Part shown: positions 21,417 to 32,146 of the stretch, piece by piece
Layout: every line of letters starts with the position of its first letter
How positions within the stretch are numbered: position 1 is the stretch's first letter
Assembly (NCBI GenBank): GCA_963752165.1
Contig: CAVVXE010000004.1
Span: 5,437-69,436, forward strand
Direction: 5' to 3'
Length of the DNA: 64,000 bases
Origin: an uncultured Flavobacteriaceae bacterium
Lineage (GTDB): Bacteria > Bacteroidota > Bacteroidia > Flavobacteriales > Flavobacteriaceae
Notes under the pieces: model-generated
What the model was told of the DNA's origin: nothing
Database searches by the model: none
The model's input: the letters and a program-made list of their open reading frames with translations, nothing else
Program-made: the position numbers and the translations under genes

Positions 21417-22403
21417 TTAAAAGGGTTTAAAATGACCTAGGTCAGGTGTGGCATCTTTTTTATTTTTTTTGCCTTCGGCCAAAAGCCATTCGTACAGTTT
21501 ATCTGCATCTTCTTTCTTGCAAAGTTGCGTTCCGGGGTGCAGCGTGGCAGCAGTACCACAGGCGATCCCATAGCGTACCATTTCACTATAGGATCTACCC
21601 TTTATAAGGCTGAGTACCATCCCGGCAACCATACTATCGCCCGCACCAATCGTACTTTTCTGGTGTACGGTGGGGGCAGCAATGTGCTCCATCACATCCC
21701 TGCTTGCCAGAAAGGCTCCTTTGGGCCCCAGGGAAACAACGAGTACCTCAATTGCATAGTCCTTTAGTAGCTTTTGGGATATGGATTCCAGTTCCAAAAC
21801 AGAGATAGATGCTACACCGCACATAATGCTTAACTCTGACAGATTGGGTTTCATTAAAAAAATATCGGCTTCCAAACTGGGTAAAAGGGCTTCGCCGGAG
21901 GTATCAAGAATGAACCTTCCTTTTTTCCTTGCTACGATGTTTGATACCCGTACATAAAAATCGGGTGGTATTCCTAACGGCAGTTTTCCACTGGCTACCA
22001 AATAATCGTTCTCTTCTACAGAACCTTCCACCTCTGTAAGGACTTTCTGCCATTCCTTTTCTGTTACATGAGGCCCGGGAACGCCAAAGCGATATTGCAA
22101 ATTAGTTAGGGTGTCCCTGACAGAGAGGTTATCACGTGTCCATCCCTTAATAGGAATTACTTTTTGATCAATCCCTTCATTGGATAAAAGTTGCTGCAAA
22201 TGGGCTCCTGTAGGCCCCCCGGCAATATACATACAGAGCGAACTTCCTCCCAGTTTTTTAAGGGCACGGGAAATATTTACACCGCCACCTCCGGCGTAAT
22301 AATCGGGCGACGCACACCGTAACTTTTTATTCGGAATAACACCTGCCACGGAAGTATCCTTATCTAAAACAGGGTTCATTGTAAGGGTGATGACGTTGTT
22401 CAT
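21417..22403 (-). CDS. pfkB: PfkB-family sugar kinase (1-phosphofructokinase / 6-phosphofructokinase II type)
   Basis: ITLTMNPVLDK...AGGGGVNISRAL N-terminal motif and the C-terminal ribokinase signature STIGAGDSMVAGMV. Confidence 0.8.
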   Translation of the reverse strand: MNNVITLTMNPVLDKDTSVAGVIPNKKLRCASPDYYAGGGGVNISRALKKLGGSSLCMYIAGGPTGAHLQQLLSNEGIDQKVIPIKGWTRDNLSVRDTLTNLQYRFGVPGPHVTEKEWQKVLTEVEGSVEENDYLVASGKLPLGIPPDFYVRVSNIVARKKGRFILDTSGEALLPSLEADIFLMKPNLSELSIMCGVASISVLELESISQKLLKDYAIEVLVVSLGPKGAFLASRDVMEHIAAPTVHQKSTIGAGDSMVAGMVLSLIKGRSYSEMVRYGIACGTAATLHPGTQLCKKEDADKLYEWLLAEGKKNKKDATPDLGHFKPF

Positions 22404-22674
22404 TTTTTATCAGATTTAAGGCCAGTAAGAATATTGGAATTCATAAACGTGTAGCTCTTTATCATAGTTATTCGTTAGTACCTTATTCCAGTGGTTCTAC
22501 GGACAAAGAAAATAAGGTAAGGCCTATTTTACAATGACCGCTATCATACCGTATCCGGGATGTCGTGAATGGATACTTCATTAGGCTACCATCGTAGTTT
22601 TCCATAGTGCAAATGACCCAGGTCATTTCTGCTAGCTTGCTGATAATGTACTTTAGAAGCTCAAGAAAAAAAGC

Positions 22675-22911
22675 ATGCAAACTACTTTTGAACTGCAAAA
22701 GCGCGCATCCGGAATGGATGCAAAGCTGATTCTGGAAAATTTAAAAACGTTGGAAAACATCTGGAATATCTCGATAGACAGGGAAAATACCAGCGTTTCC
22801 TTCGAGTACCTTACTTGGGGAGATCTGGAAAAAGTACGAAGGGAACTTCATGAACTGGGGTATGCCATGATCAATGATACCCATAGATTTGATATCCAGG
22901 AAAATACCTGA
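22675..22911 (+). CDS. small hypothetical protein
   Basis: 78-aa ORF, no recognised family. It sits just upstream of the L,D-transpeptidase gene on the same strand. Confidence 0.35.
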   Translation: MQTTFELQKRASGMDAKLILENLKTLENIWNISIDRENTSVSFEYLTWGDLEKVRRELHELGYAMINDTHRFDIQENT

Positions 22912-22940
22912 GGGCACCTAAAACGCAACACCCAAGGAAA

Positions 22941-23864
22941 ATGAGACGGATGGTAGTATGGATTTCGACATTGCTTGTAGTCCTGACATTCCTGTCCTGT
23001 AAAAATCCAACGACATCTTTAGGTTCTGAAACTTTGGAAGATGAGGAAGTTATAAGTGCCATTCAAGAATTCCCCGTATGGATTGCTGTCACCGATACCG
23101 TGCGGGTAAAGGACTTTTTCCGGTACATGGATTCCCTGGTCGTGGCGTATGATTCATTATCGGACTACCCACTAACCGAGCATATCCTGGTGCGTTCAAA
23201 TCCATGGATCATGGATACCCTGGTGAATACGGATTATTACCGTATGATGGAACGGGACTCCTTTGTGTACGACCAAAGGCAGCTTATAGTGCTGCGGCCA
23301 GCCGATTCGATCTTGATACCTGAGGGAACAATGGCCAATCGGATGATCGATAGAATGAAGAAAACTCATATCGATCTTAATATCCCGGAATTCAAATTGC
23401 GAATTTATGAAGGCAGGGCTTTGTTGTATACATTGCCCGTACGGGTGGGACAAAACAGGGAACGCTACCTGGCCATGGGGGATAAGGTTACGGATTTAAG
23501 GACCAAGACAGGCGAAGGATATATTGTGGGCCATCGGCGCGATCCGACTTTCTATAACCCTGTGGACGGAAAAAGGTTTTATCTGACGAAAAGGGACGAT
23601 GGAAAAACGACCATGATGCCCCGGATACCATGGATCGAAACGGAGATCAACGGTTTTCAGAATGGTCAACTCATACACCCGACCACTAATCCCAAATCCC
23701 TGGGAAAGGCCTATTCCAATGGCTGTATCGGTACCCGTGAAGCAGACGCGTGGATCATCTATTACTATGCGCCCATCGGCACGCCGGTCACTATACGATA
23801 TGAGCTGATGGTAAAGGATTCACTCGGGAAAGATATAGTGTTAAAGAATGTTTATGACTGGTAA
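22941..23864 (+). CDS. L,D-transpeptidase (YkuD domain) protein
   Basis: 307 aa with a signal/lipoprotein N-terminus (LTFLSCKN) and the catalytic motif HPTTNPKSLGKAYSNGCIGT. Confidence 0.8.
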   Translation: MRRMVVWISTLLVVLTFLSCKNPTTSLGSETLEDEEVISAIQEFPVWIAVTDTVRVKDFFRYMDSLVVAYDSLSDYPLTEHILVRSNPWIMDTLVNTDYYRMMERDSFVYDQRQLIVLRPADSILIPEGTMANRMIDRMKKTHIDLNIPEFKLRIYEGRALLYTLPVRVGQNRERYLAMGDKVTDLRTKTGEGYIVGHRRDPTFYNPVDGKRFYLTKRDDGKTTMMPRIPWIETEINGFQNGQLIHPTTNPKSLGKAYSNGCIGTREADAWIIYYYAPIGTPVTIRYELMVKDSLGKDIVLKNVYDW

Positions 23865-23925
23865 AAGGGTTGAAATTGAGGACAGATTTACATTTATAGA
23901 GGAATTCACTTAAAATCATTGAACT

Positions 23926-24651
23926 ATGAACAAGCGCAAATTTTTAGAACAGGCCGCTTTACTATCCGCAGGTGCTTCCTTTGCACCCACTGTGCTATTG
24001 TCTGCCTGTAAATCAGAACCAAAAAAAGAAGAAAAAATGGAACCAGTAAGTAGTGTCGCCACAGTATTCAAACTGCCCGAAATTCCGTATGGATACAATG
24101 CCTTTCCGGATACGATTGATGCCAGGACCATGGAAATACATCATACCAAACACCATCAGGGGTATACCGATAAACTCAATGCGGCTTTGAAAGAAGCAGC
24201 TATTTCCGGAAAGACAATAGAAGAGATTTTAAGCATGGACCCACTTCCTGCCGCTATGCGAAACAATGGCGGAGGGTATTACAACCATTCGTTGTATTGG
24301 GAGATCTTAACCCCGGGAGGTACCATGAGCGAGGCGTTCCGTAACAAGATCGCACTGGATTTTGGTTCCGTGGATGCTTTTATGAATGAGTTGTCGGATG
24401 CAGGCGCAAAGCGTTTTGGCTCTGGCTGGGCCTGGGTCATACAGGACAAGGATAATACATTGCGGATTTTTTCAACCCCCAATCAGGATAACCCCTTGAT
24501 GAAAGCAGCGGAGATGCATGGGACACCTCTTATGGGTATTGATGTTTGGGAGCATGCCTATTATCTGAAATATCAAAACAAAAGAGGGGAGTACCTTCAG
24601 AATATTCTGAAGATCATTAATTGGGAAAAGGTGGAAGCCAGAATGATCTGA
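23926..24651 (+). CDS. Fe/Mn superoxide dismutase with an export signal
   Basis: LPEIPYGYNAFPDTIDARTMEIHHTKHHQGY and the DVWEHAYYLKYQNKR motifs. It has a ~40-aa N-terminal extension (MNKRKFLEQAALLSAGASFAPTVLLSAC: Tat-like plus lipobox). Confidence 0.9.
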   Translation: MNKRKFLEQAALLSAGASFAPTVLLSACKSEPKKEEKMEPVSSVATVFKLPEIPYGYNAFPDTIDARTMEIHHTKHHQGYTDKLNAALKEAAISGKTIEEILSMDPLPAAMRNNGGGYYNHSLYWEILTPGGTMSEAFRNKIALDFGSVDAFMNELSDAGAKRFGSGWAWVIQDKDNTLRIFSTPNQDNPLMKAAEMHGTPLMGIDVWEHAYYLKYQNKRGEYLQNILKIINWEKVEARMI

Positions 24652-24695
24652 TTTTCTTCTTGTTTCTTGATTAAATGAACAAATTGATGTTCTCA

Positions 24696-24725
24696 AAAAC
24701 CCGGGACCTACGTTCTGGGTTTTTC
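24696..24725 (+). terminator. rho-independent terminator of the SOD gene
   Basis: aaaaacccggga-cctacg-ttctgggttttt is a stem with one G-T wobble, followed by a T-run. Confidence 0.65.
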
Positions 24726-24898
24726 ATTAATAGCCATGGAAAGGGGCTCTTCCGTTTGACCATTCCAGCCTGGACCGTTTTAGGATAATGGGGAATTTTT
24801 AGAATTTGGATCTGGGGAAGCGCTGAATTATCGCCTTTAAATTTTGGTGTTCACTATCGAAGCCACAACCATATTATTTTATAAAGGAAACACCAAAG

Positions 24899-24933
24899 GC
24901 AAAAAAAAAGACCCCATCAGCGTAGCTGACAGG
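24899..24933 (-). terminator. terminator of the 24959..25402 gene
   Basis: On the minus strand, ccctgtcagc-tac-gctgatgggg (two mismatches) is followed by a T-rich tract (tc + T9). Confidence 0.55.
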
Positions 24934-24958
24934 GATTTTAGATGTTATTTCAATGCGA

Positions 24959-25402
24959 TTAATTTCCTTCACTCAGTGAAAAACTACCGTCACCGGTAAA
25001 TTCAGTTACCTGAATGGTCACGGTCCATATCCCGGAAGCACCTGATGAAGTTACACCGCCAATAGTATCGGGTTCAGTACTACCATCGATGGTACGGTCG
25101 AGTACTACACTTCCTTCTGAATCCTCCACGATCATCCGAAAGGTTCCTGCTGAAGAAGCTGTGATATCTGCATTGTAGTCTGCCGTATTGAGGTTATTGT
25201 TCCAAATAAAGGAACGTGCCACAGAACCTCCGTTACCCGTAAAACTGGCATCAATATCACCGTTAAAATCCGAACGGTCTCCCACCAGTAAGGTGTTGTT
25301 TACAGTTATCCTTGCAAAGGAGTCATCATCTTTGTTGCATGCCACGAAAAAAATTACGGCCATTACAAGGGTTGCCATTTTCAATAATCCTGTACTTTTC
25401 AT
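24959..25402 (-). CDS. hypothetical lipoprotein
   Basis: 147 aa with a lipobox FFVACNK; Thr/Ser/Gly-rich, probably a beta-sandwich. Confidence 0.55.
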   Translation of the reverse strand: MKSTGLLKMATLVMAVIFFVACNKDDDSFARITVNNTLLVGDRSDFNGDIDASFTGNGGSVARSFIWNNNLNTADYNADITASSAGTFRMIVEDSEGSVVLDRTIDGSTEPDTIGGVTSSGASGIWTVTIQVTEFTGDGSFSLSEGN

Positions 25403-25633
25403 AAAAACTATTTTAAATTTATTATGACATAACGAGGTATAAATAATGATATTCTATTAATGCTTCTTATGGTATTCATAATTATTTTTAATGAATTAAT
25501 CCGAATTCATTCATAATGTTCTAAGGTAAGATGCGATTTTAATACACCTTTTGCAGAGCACTGAAATGAATCTTTGTGCTTTGAGAAGCGAATTGCAGCC
25601 TGAATTATATCCTTTATGATTGGTTACCTTTCG

Positions 25634-26440
25634 TCATCTTTTTTTACGTAATTCCTCATTAATTAGTGAAATAATGGATTCTATTTTAATTTTCACACCT
25701 ACAGATTGAGCATTGGTGTAATCTGTATTGGCCCACATTAAAGTAAGATAATCTGTCATATCCGGATTATTGATCAAATCAATTGGACTTGTTACCTCCA
25801 GTAAATCTTCAGGCCATTCAGTCCGGGCTGAAATATTTAACAGATTCCTATCCATAAAGGAAAAATCTGTGAGAAAATTTTTAACGACAGGGCCAATTTG
25901 GTAATTGGCTATTAAAAATGGGAAGTATCGGTCTTCAACCAGATTAAATATCACCAACTCTTCTTCTTCAAGCTCATCTAAAAAGCTTGGAAAGGATGTG
26001 ATGCTATTTCTTAATTCTAAATTTGTCAGCAAATAAAGGTTGCCAGAATTAGTTAGTTCGTCGGTTACACCAAGATCCGGGTCAAATGTGGGCCTCGTTA
26101 ATGTTCTGCTAATATGTAGATTTACGGTATCAATGTTTAGTTGATCTTCTTTTAAATTTCTATAAGTCAGCAGTTTAAGGGAAGATTTCAAAATATCATT
26201 TCTAGATTCAATCTTGATATCCAACTGGTTTAAGTTATTTGTATATTCATTTAATAATTGCGTTAATAAGAGTACTTCTTGTTTTCTGTTCTGGCGGTCT
26301 TGATTCCATGTATTTAATTGCAATGCTATTAAAATACCAATAACTACCAGCACAATCTCACCAATGGCATACTTCAGATATTTGCCTGTTTTATTTTTCT
26401 TCATAAGGTCGTAGCGTATTTTTCGAAAGAATTTTATCAT
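25634..26440 (-). CDS. DUF6090-type membrane-anchored protein, paralog 1
   Basis: N-terminus MIKFFRKIRYDLMKKNKTGKYLKYAIGEIVLVVIGILIALQLNTWN is shared with four other loci in this window. The C-terminal ~200 aa diverge. Confidence 0.75.
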   Translation of the reverse strand: MIKFFRKIRYDLMKKNKTGKYLKYAIGEIVLVVIGILIALQLNTWNQDRQNRKQEVLLLTQLLNEYTNNLNQLDIKIESRNDILKSSLKLLTYRNLKEDQLNIDTVNLHISRTLTRPTFDPDLGVTDELTNSGNLYLLTNLELRNSITSFPSFLDELEEEELVIFNLVEDRYFPFLIANYQIGPVVKNFLTDFSFMDRNLLNISARTEWPEDLLEVTSPIDLINNPDMTDYLTLMWANTDYTNAQSVGVKIKIESIISLINEELRKKR

Positions 26441-26500
26441 GGGTTCGGGATGAAGGTTAGCAATGCATATGGTAAAGCAGCTCCTGTGACTACATGCTTT

Positions 26501-26668
26501 TTATAGCTGGGCAGCGTTGTTATTTTTCTTCAAATAGTTGATAATGATTCCAAGCTGTCTTAAATGGTAGATATCGTGATGAAGCATTCCATTAATAACA
26601 AAGCTGTATTCATAATTGCCTTTAAAATCGGTATCGTATACTTGCAGGCACTTAATTTTACACCTCAT
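26501..26668 (-). pseudogene. C-terminal remnant of a DinB-family gene
   Basis: 55-codon ORF (below the track cut-off): MRCKIKCLQVYDTDFKGNYEYSFVINGMLHHDIYHLRQLGIIINYLKKNNNAAQL. HHDIYHLRQLG matches the last DinB His motif. Full-length members are ~160 aa. Confidence 0.4.
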
Positions 26669-26677
26669 TGGCGGTGG

Positions 26678-27892
26678 TTAATTCGTTGATTCATTTGCCT
26701 TTAAAACGCGCAATACATTTCCCCCAAGAATTTTATCGATATCATTAGGGCTATAACCTCTCTCTAACAAGGCCTTTGTGATGAGTGGGAAACCAGTAAC
26801 ATCGTTCAGTTGGAGCGGTGTGATCGTGATTCCATCAAAATCAGAGCCCAAACCAACATAATCTACTCCAATTAAGTTGGCGATATAATCAATATGGTCG
26901 ATGAGTATTGATAATGGGGGTCTTATTTCATTTGCCTCTTCTGTGTATTTACGAAAAAGCTGATACTCTACGATCCATTCATCCTTAACGATCGTTAAAA
27001 GCGAATCAGTTTCTTCCTTATGTCGTTCAAAAAAGGCGTCTGACTTCTTCGCAAAACCTTTATCAATAAAAGGCGGGTTGAAATTTACCTGAATAACACC
27101 ACCATTCTCAGCGATGGCCTTAATCTGGTCATCTTTTAAGTTTCGTTGATGATTGCATAATTGATACACAGAACTATGCGAGGCTATAACGGGTTTCGTG
27201 GTAGTTTTCATGACGTCCTTAAACGTTTGCTCTCCCACGTGGCTAACATCCACTAACATTCCTAATTCATTCATTCTTTTAACAACCTGTTTGCCGAAAT
27301 CGGTTAATCCTTTCTGCTTCAGATCTTCATTGAATGTTTCATCATTGGCGCTGGTTGCCCATGGGGTAGAATTGTTCCAGGTTAGCGTCATATACCTTAC
27401 ACCGCGTCTGTAAAGGCTATCCAGTTTGCTTAAATCATTTTCTATCATGTGGCCTCCCTCCACACCAAGCATTGCCACTGATTTTCCTTGCTTTACAGCG
27501 TTCAGGACTTCATCACCGTCAGTAGCTATAACAATTTTATCAGGATCGCGGGAAATTATCGCCTCTAAGGAGTCAATCTGTCTATTGGCAAAATCGAATG
27601 GGTTCATCTGACTACCTGTGCAGAAAACCGAAAAGAATTGTACATCCACGCCTCCTTTTTTTAATCGCTCCAGATCAATATGTGTCCTTCCTGTTAAATC
27701 CCTGTCAAATGCAAGCGTGTTTTCTGTATAGTCTAAGATTAAGTCATCTGTTACGAGCATCAAAAAATCATTATGACCATCAACTACAATAGCCTCATCA
27801 TGAATTTCTTGGAAGGTTTTGGGTTCAGATCCTTTATCCGGTGACGATTTGCAGGAGGATAAAATAAAAAATAATACCACTAAATACCTCAT
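26678..27892 (-). CDS. membrane dipeptidase, peptidase family M19
   Basis: 404 aa with a lipoprotein signal (ILSSCKS) and the VVDGHNDFL, MLGVEGGH and VDVSHV motifs of renal-dipeptidase-type enzymes. Confidence 0.8.
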   Translation of the reverse strand: MRYLVVLFFILSSCKSSPDKGSEPKTFQEIHDEAIVVDGHNDFLMLVTDDLILDYTENTLAFDRDLTGRTHIDLERLKKGGVDVQFFSVFCTGSQMNPFDFANRQIDSLEAIISRDPDKIVIATDGDEVLNAVKQGKSVAMLGVEGGHMIENDLSKLDSLYRRGVRYMTLTWNNSTPWATSANDETFNEDLKQKGLTDFGKQVVKRMNELGMLVDVSHVGEQTFKDVMKTTTKPVIASHSSVYQLCNHQRNLKDDQIKAIAENGGVIQVNFNPPFIDKGFAKKSDAFFERHKEETDSLLTIVKDEWIVEYQLFRKYTEEANEIRPPLSILIDHIDYIANLIGVDYVGLGSDFDGITITPLQLNDVTGFPLITKALLERGYSPNDIDKILGGNVLRVLKANESTN

Positions 27893-28336
27893 ACTCTTGA
27901 ATTCAGGATGTTGCTTCTAATTGCAGCCAACCTTTTTGTCTTAGGATGGTGGCGTGGACAAAGAACTAACTTACTAAAAATGGAACGAACCAGGGAGAAA
28001 TCCGTGGGAATTTTTGGAAGCAGACTTGTGTTGGGCAATTATATTTACGCCATGCTGCAAACATGCTAACAAATAATTTCGCTATTATATTTTTTTTAAT
28101 AAGGTAATCTGCTAAGTCTTAATTATTGGTTGGTATTTTCGTTGAGATTAGTCTTGGGTCTGTAGTTCCAGCAGCATCTGTCATTTTTAAATTTTTTATA
28201 AAAAATGATTGAGGTAACAAATTTGTCAATAAATCTGAGGCGGGAATCTGATACGATTAACTAAATTGTCAGTTTCATGTGTGACAATTGTTGTCAGGTT
28301 TTGTCTTTAACTTGAGATAAGTAAATAAATTACCAA

Positions 28337-30037
28337 ATGAAAATCTACCTATTCATTTTCACAATAATCGATAGTAGCGAAATAAGACGTATTGCTATTA
28401 ATAGTATAATTTCCTTACTTTTTTTAAATTCATTTTGTTTAAAAGCCCAGGTTTTAACTAAAGAGGAAATAATTGCCGATTTACGGCAAATGGTCGACAT
28501 TATTGAGGCTACACATACAGATCCCTATTATTTTGGAGGAGGGAAATTGGCATTTCATAGAAGGTTCCAGGAATTGCTGACTTCAATTCCAGAACAAGGT
28601 ATGACCATTAATAATTTTGCAGAGATAACCCAACCTTTTTTGGCAAAAATAGGAGATGGTCATACGTATATTATTCCCCCTAATTGGTATTCGGACCAAC
28701 GGTTAGGTTTGCCATTAGAATTGAAGGTTATAGAAAAAGAGATGTATGTTTCGGGTGTGTATTCAGAGAAATATAAATTTTTACTTAATTCAATTTTATT
28801 AGAAGTAGAAGGTATTTCTGTAAATGAATTATTAGAAAGGCAAAAACTTATTTTGGCAGCAGAAAATGAGTATCACAACCTAAGAAGGCTTATTGATGGA
28901 TTAGCAAGCCTGGTAAAATTAAAACTATTATTACCTGAGATTGCCGATATCAAAACAATAAAAGCAAAATTTAAAGATCCAGATGGAAATACATTTCAAA
29001 TTTCTTTTGTACTGAATGATTTAGAAAGGAAATCCATTATTACAAACAATTCCTCAATTTCACTCCCAGCTATTAAAAAATCAGATTTTGTATTTGATTA
29101 TATTGATGAGGATAAGAAAACAATTTTGTTGCGAATTGAAGATATGCAGACGTATAGAGAATGTCATGAACATTGGCGATTTTACGGTAATTATTATGAG
29201 GAATTAGCCAGAAAAACGTATGAAAGATTTCATGAAAAACCTGCAATGGCCAATCTAAATCTTGTTATTGACAACTTGCCCTCGGCAACAGAGTGCTTTA
29301 GAGATTTAGTTATTACCATGAAAAATGATAGAACCGAAAATCTAATTATTGATTTACGAAAGAACCCCGGAGGAGTTTCGAATATTACAGAAATATTAAT
29401 GTACTTCCTCTATGGAAAAGAAAAAATCATAGACGTAAGAAATCGAAGTTATCAAATCAGAAAACATTCAGAGATTTATTATCAGTATAATCCAGGGGAA
29501 AAATTCGATCCAATAAGCGCGTCAAGGACTTTGCCAATTACGATTAATGATTACGATTTTGAAGAAGAAAAACGCTATTTATCTTCTAAAAACAGCGAAT
29601 ATAAAAGAGTACAAATCTTAAAGGAACTAGATGAGATGGCTTCGCATATGCCAACATTTAATAGGGAGTATTTAACAGGAAAATATGAGGGTTTGTATAC
29701 GCCAAAAAATGTTGTTGTTTTAACAACAGAACGTACATTTAGTTCTGCATTCTGGATGTTACAATACTTTGCTAAAAGTAACGCAATAATTGTTGGAACA
29801 CCTTCCGGTCAGGCACCAAATACATTTTCGGATCAAAATCCATTTGAATTAAAAAATAGTGGTTTAAATTTCTATTTAACGTATAAAATGGGTTATTCTT
29901 TTCCTGAACTGGATGATACTATTGACGTACTTATGCCAGATTATTTATTAACGTACGATAAACTTAAATCCTATAATTTCGATCCAAATGCTGAAGTTAT
30001 TTATGCACTAGAAGTACTCAACAAAAAAAGGAATTAG
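28337..30037 (+). CDS. S41-family (tail-specific protease-like) peptidase
   Basis: 566 aa with LIIDLRKNPGGVSN and TERTFSSAFW motifs typical of S41 serine peptidases. It is the only + strand gene in the block between ~25.6 and 31.7 kb. Confidence 0.65.
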   Translation: MKIYLFIFTIIDSSEIRRIAINSIISLLFLNSFCLKAQVLTKEEIIADLRQMVDIIEATHTDPYYFGGGKLAFHRRFQELLTSIPEQGMTINNFAEITQPFLAKIGDGHTYIIPPNWYSDQRLGLPLELKVIEKEMYVSGVYSEKYKFLLNSILLEVEGISVNELLERQKLILAAENEYHNLRRLIDGLASLVKLKLLLPEIADIKTIKAKFKDPDGNTFQISFVLNDLERKSIITNNSSISLPAIKKSDFVFDYIDEDKKTILLRIEDMQTYRECHEHWRFYGNYYEELARKTYERFHEKPAMANLNLVIDNLPSATECFRDLVITMKNDRTENLIIDLRKNPGGVSNITEILMYFLYGKEKIIDVRNRSYQIRKHSEIYYQYNPGEKFDPISASRTLPITINDYDFEEEKRYLSSKNSEYKRVQILKELDEMASHMPTFNREYLTGKYEGLYTPKNVVVLTTERTFSSAFWMLQYFAKSNAIIVGTPSGQAPNTFSDQNPFELKNSGLNFYLTYKMGYSFPELDDTIDVLMPDYLLTYDKLKSYNFDPNAEVIYALEVLNKKRN

Positions 30038-30255
30038 ACAAAAATATTATCCTGATTTAGATGAAATAAAAGCATCAAATACTCTAAGTTCCGCAATGGT
30101 TTTATCAACGTGTTTATGTAAGATCAGATACATGTTTTAAGCACGTTATTTAGCAAATACATACTGAATAGACAGGAGCAAAGCGAACTGGTGTAAGCAA
30201 CTTTCGGAAGCAGGCTTGCAACAACCAATTATTGTTACAGGTCGTATTGCTTTGG

Positions 30256-30969
30256 TTATTTTAGTATTTCAATTTCCTTTTGAATCTCTTCCCGCAACGC
30301 TAAATTCATTTCAATAGCGCTCTTCATTAAATTAAGTGAAAACTTTTTCACATTTATCTGGTATTTAGCAAGTTGTAATAGGTTCGTAGTTTCTATTTTC
30401 TCTTTCACTAATTCATCTGTGACTGACAAATTTTGGTCATAGTCCGTATTGTTTAAAACAAATGGAATGACCCTGTCATTAGTAAAGGTCTCTCCATATT
30501 GCGATACGGTCTTTAATCGTTCGTACATCTGTTCATAATAGCTGGTCATATTGTTTTTCAATTGGATGTTTTTCATTGCTGAAAACATGCCATTTGCCTT
30601 AAGACCCGAGTAAGAGTTATTGCTTTTGTAAAAATAGAAGTAGTCATCTAAATTATAAAACAAAGAATCCAAAGCAATATTCTCATAGTCGCCATTAGAC
30701 AATTTTGTCAAATAAGAGACCCTTTTCAGATTTGAGGATTCGAACCCTTTCAAATTAAGTTCATCTTGTTTTAAGTCGTTTATAATTTGTGCGAGGGCTA
30801 TTTTAAGGTCATCATTTTTTTTTCTTTGCTCATTCCAATTAGTTACCTGAAGGGCAAGAAGTATTCCAATCATAACAAGCACAATTTCTCCTACGGCATA
30901 TTTTAAGTATTTGCCTGTTTTATTTTTCTCCATAAGGTCATACCGTATTTTTCGAAAGAATTTTAGCAT
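30256..30969 (-). CDS. DUF6090-type membrane-anchored protein, paralog 2
   Basis: MLKFFRKIRYDLMEKNKTGKYLKYAVGEIVLVMIGILLALQVTNWN; lies in tandem with paralog 3. Confidence 0.75.
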   Translation of the reverse strand: MLKFFRKIRYDLMEKNKTGKYLKYAVGEIVLVMIGILLALQVTNWNEQRKKNDDLKIALAQIINDLKQDELNLKGFESSNLKRVSYLTKLSNGDYENIALDSLFYNLDDYFYFYKSNNSYSGLKANGMFSAMKNIQLKNNMTSYYEQMYERLKTVSQYGETFTNDRVIPFVLNNTDYDQNLSVTDELVKEKIETTNLLQLAKYQINVKKFSLNLMKSAIEMNLALREEIQKEIEILK

Positions 30970-30975
30970 TCGTCA

Positions 30976-31734
30976 CTATTTAAGTTCTTGATCGATCAGG
31001 TTTACAAGGTTGATCGTTGATTGTTCAAGAATAGCATAAAAATCTTTCAGCTGTGTACATTGATAGTATCTCGAAATAAGCAGGGCCTCAAGTATTCTAT
31101 CGGATAAAAATTGTTGGGTATCAATGGGGATAGGTTCCCGCGGATCCTTTTTATAGATCTTTTGTACATAGTCCCAGGGATTGTCTTTTTGAAAGATTAT
31201 AGGATATTCATCAATAATATAGGCCTCATATCGCAATTGAATATTATCGTTTGATATGGATTCTCTCTCGTTTGCACTTTCAATCAATGAGTAATAGTCC
31301 AAAATTGCCGTCCGTAGTTTTTCACTTAAAGAAGGGATTTCATTGGATTGGGTGATTGTTTCAATAGCATTTTTGTTTGGTCGAAAGTCAAATTCCCGAA
31401 TCAAAAGGGTTAAATACTTTTTCAGGTATTTATCAACTGGTATTTCCGTTCTTATCTGGCGCATGGATGAATCTGCATAATTTACATGGGCCTCCATTGT
31501 TGTGCGCAATTCATTCAATTGTATCTGGTCTTCTTTAAGGTTTTCCTTTAATATTGCTAAATGGTCTTTTGTGGATTGGTCAATTTTTTTTCGTTCATTC
31601 CAATTGCTTACCTGTAGTGCAATTAAAATTCCAATCACAACAAGAATTATTTCACCAATTGCATATTTCAAATATTTGCCCGTTTTATTTTTCTCCATAA
31701 GGTCTTTTCTGATGGCCCTAAAAAATTTAATCAT
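30976..31734 (-). CDS. DUF6090-type membrane-anchored protein, paralog 3
   Basis: MIKFFRAIRKDLMEKNKTGKYLKYAIGEIILVVIGILIALQVSNWN. Confidence 0.75.
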   Translation of the reverse strand: MIKFFRAIRKDLMEKNKTGKYLKYAIGEIILVVIGILIALQVSNWNERKKIDQSTKDHLAILKENLKEDQIQLNELRTTMEAHVNYADSSMRQIRTEIPVDKYLKKYLTLLIREFDFRPNKNAIETITQSNEIPSLSEKLRTAILDYYSLIESANERESISNDNIQLRYEAYIIDEYPIIFQKDNPWDYVQKIYKKDPREPIPIDTQQFLSDRILEALLISRYYQCTQLKDFYAILEQSTINLVNLIDQELK

Positions 31735-32146
31735 TGGTTAGCGGTTTACTATAAAAATGGTCCGACTAAAAATCTGTTACAAATGAGATATCGTAAATAG
31801 TTTGCCGGATTTTTTTGGTTTATATTTCGCTAAATATAGGCATACATTTTATGAGGAGCGGTCTTTTAATTGCCCCCTTAAACTATTCGCACCATTTATT
31901 AAAGTTTAAGTTATATAGTTCCTATTGTATAAACAACTTTCAAAGCGTCAAATTAGGCATTGTTTCCATGTTTCTTAAGTAAGCTTTAGACAAACAATTC
32001 TTATCTTTATATACTAATTTAGGCTGGTGATTTCGGAGGCTCCCATTCTCGTACCAACACCTTTGCCGTTACCTCGTGTCCCTCCAAGCCTGCAGAAATT
32101 ATTATGGTAACCATTATTCTAGTAACAACACTAACTTCGAGTTAAG

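Noticed and set aside
22483-22698. 71-aa minus-strand ORF
   Set aside because: No recognisable features, and it overlaps the start of 22675..22911. There is not enough support to call it.
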